DNA of 32,000 nucleotides from Pseudomonas aeruginosa. GTDB lineage: Bacteria; Pseudomonadota; Gammaproteobacteria; Pseudomonadales; Pseudomonadaceae. A program made the translations under genes and the position numbers. Position 1 is the stretch's first letter. Each line of letters begins with the position of its first letter. Of the stretch, positions 26,289 through 32,000 are shown piece by piece. The notes under the pieces are model-generated. The model saw only the letters and a program-made list of their open reading frames with translations, did no database searches and was not told the origin of the DNA. The stretch spans positions 3,450,001 through 3,482,000 of the forward strand of contig NZ_LN831024.1 in assembly GCF_001457615.1 (NCBI RefSeq). The letters are read 5' to 3'.

Positions 26289-27545
26289 TCAGAGCGCCAG
26301 GCCGGGGTTGTACAACGGACGGAAAGCGCAATGGGTGGTGCCGGCGCTCTGGTTGTAGAAATAGTAGCGGCGACAGTCGTTGTCGTAGTTGCTGGTGCCG
26401 ACGTTGATCCGGTACGGACCGAAGCTGGCGCCCTGCAGGGAAACGAAGGCGCCGTTGTAGAGCAGCGAGAAATGCAGGTGCGGTCCGGTGGAGCTGCCAC
26501 CCTCGCAGAGCGCGGTGTTGATGTTGCCGGCATAGACGCCGAGCTTGGTGTCGGCGCTGACCTGCTGGCCGTTGCTCACCTGGATCTGGTCCATATGGTA
26601 GTAGTTGGTCGCCCAGCCGCTGGGGTGGGTCACCCGTACCTGGCAGCGCGACAGCACCCGTACCGTACCGGCGTGGGCGGCGACCACGCTGTAGGTCGCA
26701 CTGCCCCAGCGCGGCCAGTCGTAGGACGCATCGAAGGACGAGTACGGATAGCCCGAGCCGGTGTTCGAATGCGCTCCGTTGGGCTGCCAGGAATAGCCCT
26801 GGCGCCAGGGCAATTGCATCAGGTTGGATGGCGGCGCCAGCGCGGCCTTCGCCTGGAGTTGCCGGGCCACGCGGTTGCGCGGCTGCAGGAGTTCCGCGGC
26901 CGGGGTGCCGAACAGGCGCTGGAAGGTCTGCGCGTAGGCGCCGAGCGGATTGCCGCCTTGCACGGCGGAGGCCTTCGCCCCCTCTCGCAACAGACCGAGC
27001 AGCGCGGCCGATGCCGCGTTCAGGCCGTCCTCGCCGACGGCCTTGCGCGCAGCCGCCTGGCGCAACTGGTATTCCTCGAAACCGTAGTAGCGCCGCGACA
27101 ACTGCTGCAACACGTCGCGTACCTGGGCATCGAAGCCGCGTTTCGCCGACAGCCGCCCCAGCGGCGCCGCCAAGGCGCGCTCGTCCGGCGCCCCCAACGG
27201 CCCGGACTGCATGGCCATCAGGGTCAACAACACTTTCGGGTTGATGCTGTAGTAGCCGCTCCAGTGCTCCAAGTATTCGCTCTTGTCGCGCAGCGCCGGC
27301 GCATTCACCGCCAGGTAGGCCTCGAGGTCGAACGCCTCGGCGTCGCGACCGTAGAGGAACAGGTCGTCATTCAGCGGCAGGGCCACGCTGGGCAGTTGCA
27401 ACTGGCCGAGTAACTCCGCCGAATAGCGGAAGGCCGGCAGGCCATCGTCATGGGCATTGGCCGTACCGCCCACGGCGAGCGCCAGCAAGACGAAGAGGAA
27501 CGGCGAGCGCGAACTCGCCATCGCGCGGGATCTTTTGTGCTGCAT
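26289..27545 (-). CDS. lasA: LasA protease (staphylolysin), M23 beta-lytic metallopeptidase preproenzyme
   Basis: 418 aa from MQHKRSRAMASSRSPFLFVLLALAVGGTANA. I recognise the sequence as LasA. M23 ligand motifs: H..D in NGAHSNTGSGYPYSSFD and HLH in GPHLHFS. AGGAG SD 7-8 nt upstream of the ATG at 27545. Confidence 0.97.
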   Translation of the reverse strand: MQHKRSRAMASSRSPFLFVLLALAVGGTANAHDDGLPAFRYSAELLGQLQLPSVALPLNDDLFLYGRDAEAFDLEAYLAVNAPALRDKSEYLEHWSGYYSINPKVLLTLMAMQSGPLGAPDERALAAPLGRLSAKRGFDAQVRDVLQQLSRRYYGFEEYQLRQAAARKAVGEDGLNAASAALLGLLREGAKASAVQGGNPLGAYAQTFQRLFGTPAAELLQPRNRVARQLQAKAALAPPSNLMQLPWRQGYSWQPNGAHSNTGSGYPYSSFDASYDWPRWGSATYSVVAAHAGTVRVLSRCQVRVTHPSGWATNYYHMDQIQVSNGQQVSADTKLGVYAGNINTALCEGGSSTGPHLHFSLLYNGAFVSLQGASFGPYRINVGTSNYDNDCRRYYFYNQSAGTTHCAFRPLYNPGLAL

Positions 27546-27696
27546 GGGTAGCTCCTGGTCATCGAAGGGAAACCTTGAAAGCCAGCAGCCCGGCGACATC
27601 GCCTCCGACGGGATAGCCTGGTCCGCTCCGCCGGTATTTCGCCCAGGCCGGGTTGCACGCCGCAGGACCGTGCAACGCCGTCACCCGGGAAGACAA

Positions 27697-27712
27697 CTAT
27701 CAGCTTTTGCAG
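27697..27712 (-). promoter_or_regulatory. Candidate degenerate las/rhl box (CT-N12-AG) upstream of lasA
   Basis: Minus-strand CTGCAAAAGCTGATAG, 11/16 identical to the perfect box at 28846-28861. About 150 bp upstream of the lasA ATG. lasA is a known quorum-sensing target. Confidence 0.35.
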
Positions 27713-27826
27713 TAGATCCGGTGCCCCGCTCCGTCCGGCTGTAAAGCGTGCGGCAGCGCACTCCAACCGAGCCGAATCGATCACAGAACGCCAGGCGTCG
27801 GAAATACTTCGATACAGTCTGCGCGC

Positions 27827-28252
27827 TCAGCGTTCCTCGTCGGAGGAACCGTCGAGCGGATCACGACGCGCCAGCTCGGCCTCGTCGAGGCCGTGGCCGG
27901 CTCCGATCTCGTTGCCATGCACGACCCTCAGGCGCTTGTCCGCGGGCGATTCGCCGCCGCGCTCGGCCGGCGAGCGGGCGCCGCTTTCGTCGATCAGGGT
28001 TTCCGGCGCCAGATCGTCCATGCCGACGTTATCCTGGTAACCATCGTCCTCGTCCGGCTGCCCGCCAGCGTGGCCCGCCTCGCGTACCCGCCGCGAGGAA
28101 AATTCGGCCTCCACCTCGGCCTCGGGCCGCTCGTCGCCGATCCGCGCCTTACGCGCCTGGCGGCGCTCGTCGAAATCGAGCTCGCGCATCGAACCCATGC
28201 GGTCCTGGATATCATCGATTTCCTGGGGTGTTGTTTTCCGTCGTGTAGCCAT
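27827..28252 (-). CDS. Acidic, low-complexity hypothetical protein (PA1870-like), probably intrinsically disordered
   Basis: 141 aa from MATRRKTTPQ. Strong SD (GGAGG, 5 nt spacing). 37 D/E and 22 R/K by hand count; no Cys, no Trp, no hydrophobic segment. The track ORF start at 28513 is rejected. Confidence 0.65.
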   Translation of the reverse strand: MATRRKTTPQEIDDIQDRMGSMRELDFDERRQARKARIGDERPEAEVEAEFSSRRVREAGHAGGQPDEDDGYQDNVGMDDLAPETLIDESGARSPAERGGESPADKRLRVVHGNEIGAGHGLDEAELARRDPLDGSSDEER

Positions 28253-28383
28253 GACGACCTCCGTTACGAATGGCGGGCACGCGCCGGGAATGGCACGCTG
28301 CCCTTGTTCGGTCGACCGGCGAGGCGCGGGAAGATTCAGGAAATCCAACCGACGGCGGCCGCCTCGCAATCGCGGCGGCGGGC

Positions 28384-28426
28384 AAAAAAAAGCCGGATCG
28401 GCCCGGGGCGGGCTGGACGATCCGGC
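28384..28426 (-). terminator. Strong rho-independent terminator downstream of the ACP gene
   Basis: Minus strand: GCCGGATCG-ucca-GCCCG-ccc-CGGGC-CGATCCGGC, followed immediately by U8 (A8 on + at 28384-28391). A T8 run is very unusual in this GC-rich window. Confidence 0.8.
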
Positions 28427-28534
28427 GTAATCGAAGCGCGGGACGTCGCGCACCTTGCCGCCGGCACGGGCGGGAGGTGGCGCACAGCGTTTCGCAGGGA
28501 ATGACCACGGCATCGGCCGGTGGTCCAGGGGGAG

Positions 28535-28774
28535 TCAGGTCGGCACGGCTTCCTCGAGATAGTCGATGGCCTGGCGCACGGTCTCGATCCGTTCCGCATC
28601 GTCATCGGCGATCTCGACGCCGAACTCCGCTTCCAGGGCCATGACCAGTTCGACTACCTCGAGCGACTCGGCACCGAAGTCGTTACGGAAGTCGCTGTCC
28701 AGCCGGATGTCGCATTCCTCCACGCCGAACCGGGCGGCTACCAGTTTCCTCACTCTGGTCTCGATGTCGTCCAT
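28535..28774 (-). CDS. acp1: Orphan acyl carrier protein (PA1869-like)
   Basis: 79 aa [18 protein letters not shown]...[24 protein letters not shown] helix II with the phosphopantetheine Ser in an (D/E)SL context. The 136-aa track ORF adds an Arg/Ser/Ala-rich extension with no ACP homology. Confidence 0.9.
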   Translation of the reverse strand: MDDIETRVRKLVAARFGVEECDIRLDSDFRNDFGAESLEVVELVMALEAEFGVEIADDDAERIETVRQAIDYLEEAVPT

Positions 28775-28844
28775 GCATTGCGGTCCCACTGCCCGGCCCT
28801 GGAAAAAAGTGCGGCTACTAAAGCCTCCGTCCCCGCCAGCGACA

Positions 28845-28862
28845 ACTGCCAGATCTGGCAGT
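28845..28862 (-). promoter_or_regulatory. las/rhl box: perfect 18-bp palindrome ACTGCCAGATCTGGCAGT upstream of the ACP gene
   Basis: The CTGCCAGATCTGGCAG core (28846-28861) differs at one position from the lasB OP1 core CTGCCAGTTCTGGCAG as I recall it. Centre is ~80 bp upstream of the ACP ATG. A TTTAGT -10-like hexamer lies 23 nt downstream of the box. Confidence 0.8.
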
Positions 28863-28941
28863 GGCGCTGCGCTGGAGCGCGGCCGCCGCAGCGCGCCGGA
28901 CAATCCGGTGGACGGAGCGCGACGCGAGGATTCGAAGTCCG

Positions 28942-31272
28942 TCACAGGGCGCTTCCCGGCGTATGCGCAATCACCCGCGCCTTCGCTCGCGGCAGGCTTT
29001 CGGGCAGTTCCGCCAGGGCCCGGCGTGCCTGCTCCGGGTCGAGGTAGTCGCCCCGTTCCACCGCGAACAGCTCCTGGCCATCGCGCAGTTCGCGGCGCAA
29101 ACGCAACGACAGACCCGGATGCCGCTCGATCAGCGCGCGCATGAAGGCTTCGCTGCTGCCCTCGACCAATCGCACGGCGTAGCGCTGGGGTGACGGCGGC
29201 TGCGGCGCGTGCGTGCCCTGGCGAACCTCCGGTACCTCGCCGCCGCGACCGTCGCCCAGGGACGCCGGGTCCGCCAGGCGCGGCTTCTCCATCAGCACCG
29301 GGGCTGGAGCCGGATAGCTGCGCGGCGAGCCAATAGGTGCCGGTGCGACCTGGGCGGCGGGACGCAGGTCGATGGCGCCGGCATCCTCAAACAGCGGGCG
29401 CGCCGGTTCGCCGGCGACACCGCGCAGCAACTGGATGGAACGGTAACGGCCATGGCTGATGCGCTCCAGGCCGGCGGCATCGCGGACGATGCTCGGGCGC
29501 AGGAAGACCATCAGGTTGCGCTTCACCCGGGTCTCGCGGGACGAGCGGAACAGCCGGCCGACGCCGGGGATGTCGCCCAGCAGCGGTACCCGCGAATCGC
29601 TGCGCAGCAGGTCGTCCTGGATCAGTCCGCCGAGGACGATGACCTGGCCGTCGTCGGCCAGTACGGTGCTCTTGATCGAGCGCTTGTTGGTCACCAGGTC
29701 CACCGCCTTCGCCGCCAGGGTGGCGGTTGGCGCGATGGAGGATATTTCCTGCTCGATCTCCAGGCGCAGCATGCGGTCCTCGCCGATGTGCGGCGTGACC
29801 TTGAGGGTCACCCCGATATCCTTGCGCTCGACAGTGGTGAACGGATTGCTCGAACCGCTGGCGCTGGTGGTGTAGCTGCCGGTCTGGAACGGCACGTTCT
29901 GGCCGACCAGGATTTCCGCCTTCTGGTTGTCCAGGGTCAGCAGGCTCGGCGTCGACAGCAGGTTGCTGCGGCTATTGCGGCTCAGCGCGGTGACCAGCGC
30001 GCCGAAATCGCGACTGCCGAGGCCGACTATCGCACCGTCGGGCAGCTCTGCCGGCGGCTTGCCGGCCTGCAACGCGCCCAGCAGGGTGCCGATGGACAAC
30101 CCGCTGTCGGCGAAGCCAGCGCCGCCGGCGACATGCCCGCTACGCAGCGCCCATTGCACCCCGAGGGCGTCGCCGATCTCGCCGGACAGCTCGACGATCG
30201 CCGCCTCCACCAGCAGTTGCGCGCGCGGCACGTCGAGCTGGCGGACGATGTCCTCGAGCAGGCCGACATCCTCCGGGTCGGCGAGGATCACCAGGGCATT
30301 CAGCGATTCGTCGGCGCGCACCAGCAGGCCGCGCTTGCCGCTTCCCCGGCCATCCTGGCCTCGCTCGCCGTGCAGCGATTCGCCGATCTCCCCGAGGGTG
30401 GCGGCAAGGGTCTTGGCGTCGCCATGGCGCAGGCGGATCACCCGGCTGTTCGCCGACCGCGACGAGGGGACGTCGAGCGACTGCGCCAGCCGCAGCAAGC
30501 GCGCTCGCGCCTGCGGCGGACCGAGCAGGACCAGGCGGTTGCTGCGGCTGTCGGCAAGGACCTGGACGGTGGCGGCGCTCTTCCCGGCGGCCGGGGTGAC
30601 GCTGCGATCGAGCACCTCGGCGATTTCCGCGACCCAGGCATGGCGCATGTCGTAGATGCTGTAGTCATGTTCGCCGGCCCGGTCGAGGCTGCGCACGATC
30701 GCCTCGATGCGCTCGATGTTGGCGCGGCGGTCGCTGACGATCAGCGCGTTGGCCGACGGTACGGCGGCCAGATGGCCATGGGCCGGGACCAGCGGCCGGA
30801 TCATCGGGATCAGTTCCGCCACCGAGGTCTGCTGCGCCTGGACCACCCGCGTCTCCAGGCTGCCCGGCCCATCGCGGACGGTCTTCTGCGCGGCGTCCTG
30901 GCGTGCCTCCATGTTCGGCACGATACGCGCCTGGTCGCCCTGCGGCAGCACCGCGTAGCCGTGGGTGGCGAGCACCGAAAGGAATAGTTGGTAGACCTCC
31001 GCCAGGCTGAGCCGCGCCTGGGATACCACCGTGACCCGCCCCTTCACCCGCGGATCGACGACGAAGGTCTGGCCGCTGATGCTCGATACCTGCTCGATGA
31101 AGTCGCCGATCTCGGCATCCTTCATGTTGATCGTCCACTGCTCTTCCTCTTGCGCGGCGGCAGTCTCGGCAGGTGCCGGATGGACCGGCGGCGCCAGGCC
31201 GAGGACGGCCAGCGACAGGACCAGGAACAGCGGAGACAGGCGCTGGGCGGAACGGGTACTACAACGTGGCAT
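28942..31272 (-). CDS. xqhA: Type II secretion secretin, GspD family (orphan XqhA) with atypical C-terminal extension
   Basis: 776 aa from [35 protein letters not shown] (signal peptide). N0-N3 domains. Secretin core ...VLGGLIQD...[16 protein letters not shown]...[11 protein letters not shown]. Start overlaps the xphA stop by 14 nt. Confidence 0.92.
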   Translation of the reverse strand: MPRCSTRSAQRLSPLFLVLSLAVLGLAPPVHPAPAETAAAQEEEQWTINMKDAEIGDFIEQVSSISGQTFVVDPRVKGRVTVVSQARLSLAEVYQLFLSVLATHGYAVLPQGDQARIVPNMEARQDAAQKTVRDGPGSLETRVVQAQQTSVAELIPMIRPLVPAHGHLAAVPSANALIVSDRRANIERIEAIVRSLDRAGEHDYSIYDMRHAWVAEIAEVLDRSVTPAAGKSAATVQVLADSRSNRLVLLGPPQARARLLRLAQSLDVPSSRSANSRVIRLRHGDAKTLAATLGEIGESLHGERGQDGRGSGKRGLLVRADESLNALVILADPEDVGLLEDIVRQLDVPRAQLLVEAAIVELSGEIGDALGVQWALRSGHVAGGAGFADSGLSIGTLLGALQAGKPPAELPDGAIVGLGSRDFGALVTALSRNSRSNLLSTPSLLTLDNQKAEILVGQNVPFQTGSYTTSASGSSNPFTTVERKDIGVTLKVTPHIGEDRMLRLEIEQEISSIAPTATLAAKAVDLVTNKRSIKSTVLADDGQVIVLGGLIQDDLLRSDSRVPLLGDIPGVGRLFRSSRETRVKRNLMVFLRPSIVRDAAGLERISHGRYRSIQLLRGVAGEPARPLFEDAGAIDLRPAAQVAPAPIGSPRSYPAPAPVLMEKPRLADPASLGDGRGGEVPEVRQGTHAPQPPSPQRYAVRLVEGSSEAFMRALIERHPGLSLRLRRELRDGQELFAVERGDYLDPEQARRALAELPESLPRAKARVIAHTPGSAL

Positions 31273-31750
31273 GGGTGGTTTCTGCCCCTTCGGCTTTGGG
31301 GAAATACAGACGTTCTTCATAACCCTGGTCGCGCAGCACCACATGGTCGCGATGAACCGCCAGCAGCACGGTGCCGGGGCGCACTTCGGCGCCCGGCAGG
31401 AAGCGCTGCGAGCGCCCGGCCACCGCGATCAGCGCCGCCGAGCGGTCCTCGCGACGCGCCAGGAAGCAGGCCAGCAGGCGCAATTGCAGACGCTCGCCCG
31501 CCGTCGCGCCGCGCGGCGACGGAGCGCCACCGAACAAGCCGGCTAACGCCGCGCGCGGGGCCGCTGAAGGGTTGGCTGGCGGCGCCGGGGCCGCTGCGGC
31601 GGGCAATTCCGCCAGCTCGCGGCGCAGCGAGCGCGTCTGGCTGGCCAGGCTGGCGCTGAGCAACGCCAGCAGCAGCACGCAAAGCACAGCGGGCGCATGC
31701 CCGGCCAGGCTGCGCAGGGAAACGAAAGACGATGGAAGGTGACGCGACAT
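31259..31750 (-). CDS. xphA: GspC-like type II secretion protein lacking a PDZ domain (orphan XphA)
   Basis: 163 aa from MSRHLPSSF. One TM (APAVLCVLLLALLSASLA), an Ala/Pro linker, and a GspC HR-like domain (SAALIAVAGRSQRFLPGAEVRPGTVLLAVHRDHVVLRDQGYEERLYF). Start is uncertain (in-frame ATGs at 31816 and 31786). Confidence 0.75.
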   Translation of the reverse strand: MSRHLPSSFVSLRSLAGHAPAVLCVLLLALLSASLASQTRSLRRELAELPAAAAPAPPANPSAAPRAALAGLFGGAPSPRGATAGERLQLRLLACFLARREDRSAALIAVAGRSQRFLPGAEVRPGTVLLAVHRDHVVLRDQGYEERLYFPKAEGAETTHATL

Positions 31751-31829
31751 GCAGCAGGCGGATTCCGGCAAACGGGCGCGCTGCATCGACGCGGCTCGCC
31801 CAGGGGCGGCGAGCATAAGGGATGGGGCT

Positions 31830-31844
31830 GCGGCCTACGGCCGC
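31830..31844. terminator. Small GC hairpin GCGGCC-tac-GGCCGC between the edge gene and xphA
   Basis: Read directly. No U tract, so function is uncertain. Confidence 0.25.
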
Positions 31845-31927
31845 GAAAGGGCAAAACTGTTAAGGCTGCCCGCTTTGATCCTTCGTGGCGGGAACTGGCC
31901 CACAAAACGCCAGGCGCGGGAAAGGCC

Positions 31928-32000
31928 TCAGCGCTTGCCCATCGAACGACGGGTACCGCGCGGCGCCATGCCGGGACGCTGGCCCTTGTCGTGGATCTTC
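31928..32000 (-). CDS. 3' end of an unidentified CDS running off the window (...KIHDKGQRPGMAPRGTRRSMGKR*)
   Basis: Open minus-strand frame to the window edge with ~19/23 G/C third positions. Too short to identify. Confidence 0.3.
   Translation of the reverse strand, partial: KIHDKGQRPGMAPRGTRRSMGKR

Noticed and set aside
28775-28945. N-terminal extension of the ACP ORF (136 aa); similar extensions of lasA (to 27599), the acidic protein (to 28513) and xqhA (to 31344)
   Set aside because: The extensions lack homology or signal-peptide logic, and they cross regulatory elements (las box, terminator). Internal ATGs with SDs give products matching the known family lengths.
1-32000. Scan by eye for tRNA/rRNA genes, IS elements, integrases, phage or defence-system genes
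   Set aside because: None recognised. Every long gap between CDS is accounted for by promoters, the riboswitch, terminators or the A+T-rich island. A covariance-model or HMM scan would be needed to exclude small RNAs.

Overview
High-GC chromosome (about two-thirds G+C by eye, strong GC3 bias) that I recognise as Pseudomonas aeruginosa. From memory, gene content and order match PAO1 loci PA1888 down to PA1867; locus numbers are recollection, not a search result. I call 23 complete CDS and one edge fragment. Left to right: (1) an overlapping pair encoding a lipoprotein alpha/beta-hydrolase and a secreted Cys-rich protein with phospholipase-A2-type motifs; (2) polB; (3) a GNAT gene divergent from an XRE-cupin regulator; (4) a guanidine-II (mini-ykkC) riboswitch driving sugE/gdx plus an orphan NuoA-like gene; (5) a two-subunit 2Fe-2S/molybdopterin oxidoreductase; (6) a small HTH-sensor protein; (7) an HD hydrolase; (8) a four-gene type I secretion operon (MFP, ABC, TolC-like OMP, and a ~2,714-aa repeat adhesin, the bapA/PA1874-1877 locus); (9) a ~36% G+C island upstream of the adhesin; (10) a CorA/ZntB-like channel; (11) an EcsC-like protein; (12) lasA; (13) an acidic disordered protein; (14) an orphan ACP preceded by a perfect 18-bp las/rhl-box palindrome and followed by a strong intrinsic terminator; (15) the orphan type II secretion pair xphA/xqhA. 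By eye I saw no rRNA, tRNA, CRISPR array, IS element, integrase or phage genes. I cannot point to a clearly new multi-gene system. The most promising under-described items are the group-III-sPLA2-like secreted protein paired with a lipoprotein hydrolase, the NuoA-like gene riding on a guanidine riboswitch operon, a SPOR-like C-terminal domain on the XqhA secretin, and the 738-bp higher-order repeat structure of the adhesin. Most long ORFs in the supplied track are antisense or alternate-frame artefacts of high GC and were rejected.
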